Source: an uncultured bacterium (GTDB lineage: Bacteria; Auribacterota; CAZIXI01). From it: a stretch of DNA of 40,901 bases. This document shows positions 18,177 to 26,539 of this stretch, piece by piece. The translations under genes and the position numbers were made by a program. The DNA lies in NCBI GenBank assembly GCA_964543115.1, contig CAZIXI010000001.1, positions 1 through 40,901 on the forward strand, given 5' to 3'. Within the stretch, counting starts at the first letter, position 1. Each line of letters begins with the position of its first letter. A model generated the notes under the pieces. That model was given only the letters and a program-made list of their open reading frames with translations, ran no database searches and was not told where the DNA came from.

Positions 18177-19025
18177 CTAATAATGGTACATCTGCACATA
18201 TACCTTAGTGTCATAATCACCGCCCGCTACTTCACTGAAGTCGGCGCCTAAATAAACATACATCCCATAGGGCCCGTTACCCTGACCGTCAACCGCGCCC
18301 AATCCGCCGCCAAAAGTCATCTCCGCGTGCTGCATCCCCATCGGGCCCACCACCGTGGCGTAATCCATCCCGTTCTGCCAAGATAAACCCGGATGGGGAA
18401 ACCATTGCCCCCAAAACTCTACCGGATCACTCCAGCCGTCATTGGCCCTATCCTTCATCCAGATCCAGCAATAATAATCTTCCGGGCCCGCCCTCTTTAA
18501 ATGATGCTCCGCTGTTTCGATAATCTTAAGTTCCGTTTCCTTATCCTCAAACGGCACGGGATGCGCCGCCCGCCAGCACATGGGCAGCCTGTGCTTTCCT
18601 GTCTCATGCACCAGGCCCGCGGCAAAATCACCCGCCACCTTTCCCTTTATCTCTTCCGCTATTTCTTCCGGCACTCCGGCCGGCGCCAGCATATAATTGG
18701 CGTTGTACACATATTTGGTATTTCTGCTCACTAATGTATTATCGGTAAATATCTGTATTCCCCACATATCCGGCCATAGCTCTTCCCCGAAAGAATATTC
18801 AATAAACAAATATTTATCCGCTGCCTGCCACTTTGTCTGCCCCGGAACAATCCCGGACCAGGAAACTTTACCGCTAAAATCAGTACTATCATCACTGACA
18901 TTCTTGATCGTGACCGACAATTCCAGCGCATAGACAGAAGATAAACCGATAAACAGCACCCCCAACAGTATTAGAATCATTAGCTTTTTGCGCATCATAG
19001 TGCCTGATATAAATACAAGAAACAT
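18177..19025 (-). CDS. Secreted protein, divergent paralog family member (WGIQIFTDN, C-terminal YVQMYHY)
   Basis: 282-aa ORF. The start is ambiguous: ATG at 19025, or ATG at 18998 giving MMRKKLMILILLGVLFIGLSSVYA. Motifs are MWGIQIFTDN and the C-terminus KVYVQMYHY. Confidence 0.75.
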   Translation of the reverse strand: MFLVFISGTMMRKKLMILILLGVLFIGLSSVYALELSVTIKNVSDDSTDFSGKVSWSGIVPGQTKWQAADKYLFIEYSFGEELWPDMWGIQIFTDNTLVSRNTKYVYNANYMLAPAGVPEEIAEEIKGKVAGDFAAGLVHETGKHRLPMCWRAAHPVPFEDKETELKIIETAEHHLKRAGPEDYYCWIWMKDRANDGWSDPVEFWGQWFPHPGLSWQNGMDYATVVGPMGMQHAEMTFGGGLGAVDGQGNGPYGMYVYLGADFSEVAGGDYDTKVYVQMYHY

Positions 19026-19309
19026 GCCAGGAAGATAAACAACCGCAAAAACACTCGGATCACCTTAGCTACCAATGACTTTGGTTGACTTTCCTCATTG
19101 TTGCCCATCACCAGCCTTTTCTTGATACGAGAAATAATTTATACATTTAAAGGTAAAATAGAATCCGCCTCCGATATTTCAAATTTTACCTATTTTCATA
19201 TAATTTATTGCCCCTACACCAATACTCCGGCAGCAACCAAAAACGCTCAAATCATCCTATCTACTTGCTGTTCTGTTGCTTACGTGAATTGCTCTGTTCT
19301 CCCGGCATT

Positions 19310-19324
19310 TGGCACCTAAGTTGC
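19310..19324 (+). promoter_or_regulatory. Sigma54 (-24/-12) promoter
   Basis: TGGCAC-ctaag-TTGC is an exact match to the TGGCAC-N5-TTGC consensus. It is intergenic, about 160 nt upstream of the ATG at 19483, and the downstream operon encodes a sigma54 activator. Confidence 0.7.
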
Positions 19325-19482
19325 GTATTAGAAACAGGCACAGGCAAACAAAACAAAAAACCGTATCTGAGGAGACAACGTAAACAAAGCTAAAGCAGGT
19401 TGGATCGAGCCGTAAAAGGAATGCCGTGGTCCTTGCCCTTCCATGCTTCCTCTCCTGCTTATTTACTCACCAAGGGGGGAAA

Positions 19483-19977
19483 ATGAAAAAAATAATTATC
19501 TTCATAATTGGATTTATCCTTTCTTCATTAATTCAGCCAGCTCCCGCCGGCGCCTATGAGAGCGATATTGATATATATGGAAAGATCACCGAAGTAGGCG
19601 CCAGGGCCCGTGACGAATATGTAACCTTCACCATAAAAGACGCCCTGGGTATAGATCGCTATTTCAGCTCTGACAATAATCTCATAGCGCCGATGATCGT
19701 CTCTGCTTACCACACCCAGACAATCTGCCGAATAAAATCAGCAGGTAAAGACAGAGACGGATACAATATCCTTTCCGCCTTTGCCCTGGATACGGATTAC
19801 GACACCCCGAAAACGAATGACAGAATTCTAGTTGAATTGAAGGAAATGAGAACACGCTTAGATAAAATAGAAAAGCTTTCTTACTATATTTCCCGTTACA
19901 TCAATAAAATACGCAAAAACGAACTGCAAATAGAAGAAATGGTTAAAAAACAGGAAAAAGCCAAAGGAGGAATATGA
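19483..19977 (+). CDS. Secreted hypothetical protein with C-terminal coiled-coil-like tail
   Basis: The track ORF starts at 19426. The ATG at 19483 follows AAGGGGGGA and gives the signal peptide MKKIIIFIIGFILSSLIQPAPAGA. No family recognised. Confidence 0.7.
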   Translation: MKKIIIFIIGFILSSLIQPAPAGAYESDIDIYGKITEVGARARDEYVTFTIKDALGIDRYFSSDNNLIAPMIVSAYHTQTICRIKSAGKDRDGYNILSAFALDTDYDTPKTNDRILVELKEMRTRLDKIEKLSYYISRYINKIRKNELQIEEMVKKQEKAKGGI

Positions 19978-20192
19978 TGACTAAAAGAACAATGCCAACA
20001 AGATTATTAGCGACTCTTATTGCTTTTTTAGCGGCTGTTCTGTTTCTCTCTCATTTCGCCTTTACTTTGGAAAAGAAAATTGAGAATGCCGCCGGCACTA
20101 AAACAACCAAAACGGCGAAAGTACGCAAACACTCGCTTCAACAAGCGCAGGAGTACATGAAAAGGTTCAATCACGAGAAATCCGGCAGCTGA
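19974..20192 (+). CDS. Small single-pass membrane protein, hypothetical
   Basis: 72 aa. AAAGGAGGA precedes the ATG, which overlaps the upstream TGA. TM segment LLATLIAFLAAVLFLSHFAF. Confidence 0.6.
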   Translation: MMTKRTMPTRLLATLIAFLAAVLFLSHFAFTLEKKIENAAGTKTTKTAKVRKHSLQQAQEYMKRFNHEKSGS

Positions 20193-20315
20193 TTGAAATA
20201 ACCGCGCTCCCCGGGTGGTTTATACTCCCCAGATACTGCTCTCAGGGTATCTACCTATTTACCCCTTGAAATATCCCAAAACATGTAATATCATATGGGA
20301 AAAGGAAATACTCTT

Positions 20316-21710
20316 ATGAGCAAACTTAAAGGAAAAATACTTATCGTTGATGACGACAAGTTTTTCTGCGACATTAAATCCGCCTTCCTGCAAAAAAACG
20401 ACTTTGAGACAGAAACCCTCAACTCCGCCGGCCAGGTGCTGGACACGTTAAAATCCGCCTTTTTTGACCTCGTACTGCTGGACTTAAAGATAGGTGAAGA
20501 AAACGGCATTGAGGTACTGCAGGGAATAAAGAAATTTGACCCGGAAACACCGGTCATCATGATAACCGGGTTTGAAGATGTGGCCACCGCGGTTGAGGCC
20601 ATCCAGGAAGGCGCCTATGATTACCTCAAGAAAAAGATAACTAACGAAGAGCTGTTGATCAAAATAGACCGGGCGATTGAAAAGCATAAAGATGCCGTGG
20701 AAATACGCACCCTGAAAGACGCCCTCAACGAACACTACGGATTTTCAAATATCGTCGGCGCGAATAAGCACATGAAAGAGGTATACGAACTGATAAAAAC
20801 AGTCTGCGATACCGATGCGACAATACTAATTAACGGCGAAACCGGCAGCGGCAAAGAACTCATCGCCAAGGCCGTACATTTTAACAGTCAACGAAAAGAC
20901 AAACCGTTCGTCGCCGTAAACTGCGCCGCGATAAGCGAACACTTAATGGAAAGCGAACTTTTCGGCCATGAAAAGGGCGCCTTTACCGGCGCGCATCAGC
21001 AGAGAAAAGGTAAAGCAGAGATAGCCCACGGCGGAACGTTATTCCTGGACGAGATAGGCGATATGTCACTTAACCTGCAGGCCAAACTGTTAAGGTTCCT
21101 GCAGGATAAATCCTTTGAGCGGGTAGGCGGCAACGACACCCTGACCTCCGATACCAGGGTAATTACCGCCACCAATAAAAACCTGCCCCAAATGATCCAG
21201 GACAATGCCTTCCGCGAGGATCTTTATTACCGGATCAACATGATGCGTGTCGAATTACCTCCCTTAAGAAGCAGGCTGGATGATTTACCCCTGCTGGCGG
21301 ATCATTTCATTAAACGCGCCAACATAAAATACGGCAAACAGGTAAAAAGCTTATCAAATGAGACCCTGGAAAAGTTGAAAGAATATCCCTGGCCGGGAAA
21401 TGTCCGGGAACTGGAAAATGTTATCAGCCGGCTTGTGCTGACCTCCAAAAAGAACCTGATCAGCGCCCAGGAGATCTCCGGTTTCCTGCAAGCGCAGGAA
21501 ACCCCCGCCCAGGAAGATTTACCCAGCGTGGATGTACCGCTTCGCGAGGCCCGGGAAGATTTCGAAAAATGGTACCTGAAAGAATTATTAAGAAAATACC
21601 ACGGAAACATAAAAATGGTCTCTGAAAAATCCGAAATGCAGCGGAAATCAATCTTTCTGAAAATGGCCAAATTCGGCCTTAAAAAAGAAGATTTCAAAAA
21701 ACTCCCCTAA
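20316..21710 (+). CDS. Sigma54-dependent response regulator (NtrC family: receiver, AAA+ domain and Fis-type HTH)
   Basis: The receiver reads KILIVDDD...DLVLLDLKIG. Walker A is GETGSGKE. ESELFGHEKGAFTGA contains the GAFTGA sigma54-contact loop. GTLFLDEIG, RVITATN and FREDLYYRIN follow. The C-terminal HTH reads NIKMVSEKSEMQRKSIFLKMAKFGL. The track start is 20295. The ATG at 20316 has AAGGAA upstream. Confidence 0.92.
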   Translation: MSKLKGKILIVDDDKFFCDIKSAFLQKNDFETETLNSAGQVLDTLKSAFFDLVLLDLKIGEENGIEVLQGIKKFDPETPVIMITGFEDVATAVEAIQEGAYDYLKKKITNEELLIKIDRAIEKHKDAVEIRTLKDALNEHYGFSNIVGANKHMKEVYELIKTVCDTDATILINGETGSGKELIAKAVHFNSQRKDKPFVAVNCAAISEHLMESELFGHEKGAFTGAHQQRKGKAEIAHGGTLFLDEIGDMSLNLQAKLLRFLQDKSFERVGGNDTLTSDTRVITATNKNLPQMIQDNAFREDLYYRINMMRVELPPLRSRLDDLPLLADHFIKRANIKYGKQVKSLSNETLEKLKEYPWPGNVRELENVISRLVLTSKKNLISAQEISGFLQAQETPAQEDLPSVDVPLREAREDFEKWYLKELLRKYHGNIKMVSEKSEMQRKSIFLKMAKFGLKKEDFKKLP

Positions 21711-21729
21711 TCCTTACCTGGAGGGAAAC

Positions 21730-22458
21730 ATGAATAAAGCGCATAAATATTCTATCTTGATTACTTTGATCCTGCTATCCGCTGTAATCTACTACGGTCA
21801 CACCTCCGCCGAAGGCAAAATATCCGGCGGTGAATTTGTCGTAAAACTGGTGCACTCTCTGGGCCTTGATTACAAACTGCCGGCTGACGCTACGGCAAAT
21901 GATTTTATTAATCTGCTGAAAGAACAAAAGATTATCTTTCCCCCGGATTTTGATCCGGCAAAACCAATCACCAGGGATCAAAAAGCCGAGCTCCTGTCAC
22001 AGGCCCTGTCCATGGAAGAAATCGGCAAGGATAAGCGCCAGCGAAGAATGGAAATCTACCGGGATAAAGCGGTCATCAAAAAGATAGAGGGTAAAGTAAT
22101 GGTAAAACGCGGCGGCACTGATGAATGGATTCCCGCGGAACTGGACATGCAATTAACGGAAAGCGATTACATAAAAACCGGCCCCGCCTCCGAGGTTTCC
22201 CTGCGGGTAGGGGTTTCCGGGGTAATCCAGATCAAAGAAAACAGCGAATTGTTGCTGCGCACCCTGGCCACAGAGGCAGACAAAAAGTCAGAAAACATCC
22301 TGGTCTACCTGGCCATGGGTGAGATCGAAGTTGACGTGAGATTTATTGACCGTCATTCCACCTTCGAAACCCAGACCCCCACCACCGTTGCCGCGGTCCG
22401 CGGCACCATCTACATCGTCCGGGTATCACCTATTGACGGAAAAACAGAAATACGGTAA
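21730..22458 (+). CDS. Secreted FecR-domain protein
   Basis: GGAGGG RBS and a signal peptide. IEGKVMVKRGGTDEWIPAELDMQLTESDYIKTGPASEVSLRV....IKENSEL...TPTTVAAVRGTIYIV fits the FecR-domain pattern. Confidence 0.75.
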   Translation: MNKAHKYSILITLILLSAVIYYGHTSAEGKISGGEFVVKLVHSLGLDYKLPADATANDFINLLKEQKIIFPPDFDPAKPITRDQKAELLSQALSMEEIGKDKRQRRMEIYRDKAVIKKIEGKVMVKRGGTDEWIPAELDMQLTESDYIKTGPASEVSLRVGVSGVIQIKENSELLLRTLATEADKKSENILVYLAMGEIEVDVRFIDRHSTFETQTPTTVAAVRGTIYIVRVSPIDGKTEIR

Positions 22459-22526
22459 GGAAGTATCATCTAAGCTCTGTAAAGATAGCTTATCCTCTTT
22501 GCTGCAGCAAATCGTTGAATGTTTTT

Positions 22527-22554
22527 CACCACGAAGAACACGAAGATCACGAAG
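22527..22554. repeat. Left arm of the inverted repeat bracketing the GxxExxY gene (CACGAAG x3, 9-nt phase)
   Basis: CACGAAG heptamers start at 22530, 22539 and 22548. The arm is 24/28 complementary to 22941-22968. Confidence 0.75.
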
Positions 22555-22567
22555 GTTAAAATAGAGC

Positions 22568-22939
22568 TTATAGCACGTATCTTTTTAATCCATCCTTCAA
22601 GATTCTAACATTAAAATTGATTAATAAACCTATACCAATACCAGCAAGTTTCATATAAGTCAACAACTGTGCTTCATGAATTGCTGCTAGTTTTTCTACA
22701 CTCTTAAGTTCTACAATCAGCTTATCTTCAATCAAAATATCCAGCCGATAACCGCAATCTAACTTCACTCCCTTATACTCAACAGGAAATGGATATTGTA
22801 ATTTAAAAAATATACCGTTTTGCTTAAGTTCATGGGCCAGGCATTGTTCATAAGTTGATTCTAATAATCCAGGTCCTAAATTCCTATGCACTTCAATAGC
22901 ACAACCAATTACTTTATTTGATAACTCATCAAATTTCAT
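22568..22939 (-). CDS. GxxExxY-family protein (PD-(D/E)XK-like)
   Basis: 123 aa. VIGCAIEVHRNLGPGLLESTYEQCLAHEL contains the G-x-x-E-x-x-Y motif. RLDILIEDKLIVELKS is a D...ExK nuclease-fold motif. Confidence 0.9.
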   Translation of the reverse strand: MKFDELSNKVIGCAIEVHRNLGPGLLESTYEQCLAHELKQNGIFFKLQYPFPVEYKGVKLDCGYRLDILIEDKLIVELKSVEKLAAIHEAQLLTYMKLAGIGIGLLINFNVRILKDGLKRYVL

Positions 22940-22940
22940 T

Positions 22941-22968
22941 CTTCGTGTCCTTCGTGCTCTTCGTGGTT
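22941..22968. repeat. Right arm of the inverted repeat bracketing the GxxExxY gene (CTTCGTG x3, 9-nt phase)
   Basis: CTTCGTG heptamers start at 22941, 22950 and 22959. The arm begins 2 nt upstream of the gene's ATG, and its GAAGGA may serve as the RBS. Confidence 0.75.
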
Positions 22969-23024
22969 TTAAACATATTCTCTATTACTCATATTTTACC
23001 AGGCCGCAGGCCGCTATTATTTAT

Positions 23025-25574
23025 CTAGGATCGAGGATCTTTAATCGGCAGATACACCTTGAACGTTGTCCCTTTATCGACGATACTTTCAGCCTGAATC
23101 GTGCCGCCGTACTTTTTCACTATTTCCTGGCTGGCATAAAGGCCCAGGCCCGCGCCTTTATCCTCCCTTTTAGAAGTAAAAAACGCCTCGAATATCCGGC
23201 CCAGATTCTCCGGCGGTATCCCGCAGCCGGTATCTTTTATCCGCACTTCCGCCATATTTTCCCTGTCTTTGGAAACCAGAGAAATCACCGTTAATTCCCC
23301 ACCCTTAACCATGGATTCAACAGCATTATGGATCAGATTTAAAAACACCTGTTTTAACTCACCCCGGTCCGCTAACACCAGCGGCAGCTTAGAATCTAAT
23401 TCCTTGTTTAATTTAATCTTTTTCTTCATTAACTGGCCGGAGGAAAGATTCAACATCTCTTCGATAACTTCATTAATCGCCACCGCTACGACTTCTTTTT
23501 CCCGGGGACGATAAAGGTCCTTTAAGCTCTCACTCAAGCTATCCAGCCGTTTGGTTTCTTCCAGCGCGGAGGTAACAAACTTTTTGGCCAGGGACAATTC
23601 CTCCACCTCTACCTTATCCAGATCATCTTTTACCATTTCCAGGCTGCTCTTTAAATTAACGATCGGTTTACTTAAGTCATGATGCAATGTGGCCGCCACC
23701 TTCCCTACCGCGGATAAGCGCTCACTCTTGATCACTTCCTCCTGCGCCGTGCGCAGCTTATTAATCATAATGGCCATCGCTTTGTATTTTTCTTCTAATT
23801 CTTCCGTAACGTAACTCAAATCAATTTCAGATATTTCTTTTTCCTCCTTATATTCCACCAGCGGAACCCTGTCTACCTCCCGATCATACACGCATATTTT
23901 ATTGGCACCCTCTTTTCTTGCTCTGAGCAGCGCGGCTTCCGCGCGTTTAACAAAAGGTTTCGCGTATCTTTCCCTTACGTCCCGCGAATCGGCAATACCG
24001 GCACTCAGGGCCAAGGAAGAAACCGAAGTTATCTTTTCATTGAGCGTTTTTCCGATTCTCTCCGCATAGGACCGGGCGCCTTGTTTGGCTACCTGGCGCA
24101 AAACTGAGCAGAACTCAATCTCTCCGTAACGGGCAATAAAATCTATTCCCCTGGTCTTGCGGGAAGATTTAACAATCAAATTTGCCGCCTCTTTTATCAC
24201 ATTATTGGCCTTTTCCGCTCCCAACTCCGAAACCACCTGTTCGAAATTGTCTATGCCGAAGAGCACCAGAGACAGCTCCTCATCCTCCCTGAGATGTTTA
24301 AGGATATTATCCAATTTCAGCAGGAAATACCTCCTGGTAGGCAGCCCCGTCAAGATATCAACTATAACAAATTTTTTTATCTTAAAACTTTGAATAAGTA
24401 AACTCACGTAATTCGTTATCACCCCGGTTAAGTAAACTGCCAGCACGACAAGGGGAACACTAAAAAAATCCCAGCTTATATTATTAATCACTAAAAGCAG
24501 ACTAACGGCGGCAAAGAGAGCCAGAATCACCACTGTCCAGATAGTGCCGGAATAAATTCCTCTTTTAACGGTGAGAATACTGATTATTACACTTAATACT
24601 AACAAAAGCGCGATATTTACCGCCGCCGGCAGATGATAGATAAAATCCCTGTTCAGCAGCATTACCGCCGTATTAGCGATTATGCCCACACTGGCCATTT
24701 TTCCTAACGGCGTAAGATTAGCTTCCTGTAATGCCTCACCCGTAGCCCCCACCAGGACTATCCTTCCCCGAAAAAGATCCGGAGAAACATTACCGCTGAT
24801 AACCTCTCCCAGAGGAACAACGGTAAAATCAGCTAATCTCGCGGAATAATTAAGCGGTATAATACCGTTTTCGGGGACGGATAGGTTTAGTTTTTCAGCT
24901 AAACTTTCCGGTGAAATTTCCGCCAATGGCTTACCGGCAAACGCCCAGACAACTTTCAGATCGAAGGCATAATCAATTACCTCTCCCTGAAGCGCGTGCA
25001 AGCGAAAAAGCCTGGTTTCCCGAATAACACCGTCTTTATCTTCCGGCTTATTAGTAAAACCATAGCCAAGAGCATTTTCTGTAAACTTATGCGCTGGAAC
25101 AATATACCTGCCGTCCTGAGAGTCAAAGTAGGAAGCCAGGATAACGTTTCCCGCATCCCGGAAGGCCCCGGCCAACAGATCGTCACTGGCCTTTAAAGCC
25201 GGAACCGGACTGGTTCCGCTAAAAACAAGGTCGAAGGCAATTACGGCAGGTTGATGCTTTATGAGCTTATAAACAAGATTGGCAAAGACATCACGCTTCC
25301 AGGGCCATTTCGCCCTGACCGCCTGATCATCAATGGCCACAATGAGAAATTTATCCAGATTTTCCGGCCGGGAGGTAAGTTTATATTTTAAATTCGCTAA
25401 CAGATCACCGGCCTTAAGCTTGGGAGTGGTAAGTAATCCGGTTAGGCTGCCGATGGAATAGAGAACCAATATTACAGCAGCTACTGTCAGAGGCCGCCGC
25501 AATCGGACCAACTTTCTCAGCCATAAATAGTTAGTCATAATAAACTTCGGGAAGTCAATGGAATTTAACCGCAC
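23025..25574 (-). CDS. Hybrid sensor: CHASE2 domain, TM block, degenerate GGDEF domain and histidine kinase (HisKA + HATPase_c)
   Basis: The CHASE2 region reads FLIVAIDDQAV..WPWKRDVFANLVYKL..PAVIAFDLVF. TM helices lie at about aa 310-400. The GGDEF-like region reads DILTGLPTRRYF...FGIDNFE...ARYGEIEF, with GEIEF at 24111-24125 in place of GGDEF. The H-box is AATLHHDLSKPI. The ATPase region reads NLIHNAVES, IKDTGCGIP and GAGLGLY. Confidence 0.88.
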   Translation of the reverse strand: MRLNSIDFPKFIMTNYLWLRKLVRLRRPLTVAAVILVLYSIGSLTGLLTTPKLKAGDLLANLKYKLTSRPENLDKFLIVAIDDQAVRAKWPWKRDVFANLVYKLIKHQPAVIAFDLVFSGTSPVPALKASDDLLAGAFRDAGNVILASYFDSQDGRYIVPAHKFTENALGYGFTNKPEDKDGVIRETRLFRLHALQGEVIDYAFDLKVVWAFAGKPLAEISPESLAEKLNLSVPENGIIPLNYSARLADFTVVPLGEVISGNVSPDLFRGRIVLVGATGEALQEANLTPLGKMASVGIIANTAVMLLNRDFIYHLPAAVNIALLLVLSVIISILTVKRGIYSGTIWTVVILALFAAVSLLLVINNISWDFFSVPLVVLAVYLTGVITNYVSLLIQSFKIKKFVIVDILTGLPTRRYFLLKLDNILKHLREDEELSLVLFGIDNFEQVVSELGAEKANNVIKEAANLIVKSSRKTRGIDFIARYGEIEFCSVLRQVAKQGARSYAERIGKTLNEKITSVSSLALSAGIADSRDVRERYAKPFVKRAEAALLRARKEGANKICVYDREVDRVPLVEYKEEKEISEIDLSYVTEELEEKYKAMAIMINKLRTAQEEVIKSERLSAVGKVAATLHHDLSKPIVNLKSSLEMVKDDLDKVEVEELSLAKKFVTSALEETKRLDSLSESLKDLYRPREKEVVAVAINEVIEEMLNLSSGQLMKKKIKLNKELDSKLPLVLADRGELKQVFLNLIHNAVESMVKGGELTVISLVSKDRENMAEVRIKDTGCGIPPENLGRIFEAFFTSKREDKGAGLGLYASQEIVKKYGGTIQAESIVDKGTTFKVYLPIKDPRS

Positions 25575-25957
25575 TTCTTTAAAATAAACTGTTCAATATT
25601 TGAGGCAATTTTTAAAGCTTCTTCAGCTTCTTGTTTTGTTCGAGGGGGGACAGTTACAGGATATCTGAGTATTACATAGTAGTCAGTTATCTTACGGCAT
25701 TTATCTTCAAATTGTGCCACTTCTTCATCTATAGAGCAGCAATCTTTAACTAACTTTACCAAATCATGGATCTTGGAATATTTCCTGGCGTGATATACCA
25801 AAAATCCTTTAAGATATTTCTCTATTGCCTGGTGACATAAAACACAGACCTGAGAATAAAATTTGTCAGAATATTCAAATCCCAGCTTTGCATACCCCAA
25901 TTCATTTTCTCCCAGCTTAAACCATTCTTGAGATAACTTTGCAGAGTTATTTTTCAT
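25565..25957 (-). CDS. HEPN-domain protein (toxin partner of MNT)
   Basis: 130 aa. QVCVLCHQAIEKYLKGFLVYH....IHDLVKL fits the HEPN helix pattern. It overlaps the upstream MNT gene by 11 nt. Confidence 0.8.
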   Translation of the reverse strand: MKNNSAKLSQEWFKLGENELGYAKLGFEYSDKFYSQVCVLCHQAIEKYLKGFLVYHARKYSKIHDLVKLVKDCCSIDEEVAQFEDKCRKITDYYVILRYPVTVPPRTKQEAEEALKIASNIEQFILKKCG

Positions 25958-26273
25958 AAAGAACCTTGCCCTTAGCTAAAACTTGCTGAATAAAACTATC
26001 TCCAAGAAGCCTTCTCTGCTCTAGTTCCTCCGGGGTATATACCAAAATATCAAGTGGTAAGTCTGTATCCAAACAGCACCTGACCTCATATGTCCTTTTA
26101 AAATAATCCTTTTTAGTTGATTTGACAATCATCAGGTCTATATCGCTATCCTTGCCAAATCGCCCCTGAGCGGCACTTCCGAACACCAATATCTTTTCAG
26201 GATTATAATTTCTACTAATCTGATCAACAATCTGCTTAATTTGTGTCATTAAGTTATTATTTTCAGCTTTCAT
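25947..26273 (-). CDS. Minimal nucleotidyltransferase (MNT) antitoxin-type protein
   Basis: 108 aa. ILVFGSAAQGRFGKDSDIDLMIV is the GS-x(9-10)-D-x-D nucleotidyltransferase motif. GAAGGAG RBS. Confidence 0.85.
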   Translation of the reverse strand: MKAENNNLMTQIKQIVDQISRNYNPEKILVFGSAAQGRFGKDSDIDLMIVKSTKKDYFKRTYEVRCCLDTDLPLDILVYTPEELEQRRLLGDSFIQQVLAKGKVLYEK

Positions 26274-26539
26274 CTTACTCCTTCAATATTCTATCGATCT
26301 TTCCCCTACCCCCCCACAGGATATAGTAAGAAATAAAACCCTATAGATAATATATTATAGCGCAAAAGGGAAGGCTTTACAATGCTTTTTCTGGCGACAT
26401 GAAAACCGGGACAGAGAATGCGTTATGACTTCCTTAAAATATACTTTCGATTATTACCGTGCGCTCATTATCAGGCAACAGGAAGATTCACGTAATTATC
26501 TGGAGCGGAAAAATCCAAGGCGGCAAGCGATACCTCTAT

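Noticed and set aside
19015-19029. Sigma54-like TGGCAT-gtttc-TTGT on the minus strand upstream of the paralog cluster
   Set aside because: Both halves deviate from consensus. It lies inside the ORF if the ATG at 19025 is used. If the ATG at 18998 is used it is only 16 nt away, leaving no room for a leader or RBS.
19098-19393. Plus-strand ORFs 19098..19319 and 19208..19393 in the 19026-19482 intergenic region
   Set aside because: They have no RBS and no recognisable protein features, and they span the sigma54 promoter. The region is better explained as a regulatory or leader region.
22346-22564. Plus-strand ORF ending ...SPRRTRRSRRLK
   Set aside because: Its C-terminus is the translation of the CACGAAG repeat arm. 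It overlaps the FecR-like gene end out of frame and has no RBS.
22527-22968. Calling the GxxExxY cassette a mobile element
   Set aside because: There is no transposase or integrase and no target-site duplication that I could identify. I therefore report it only as a repeat-flanked gene, not as a mobile element.
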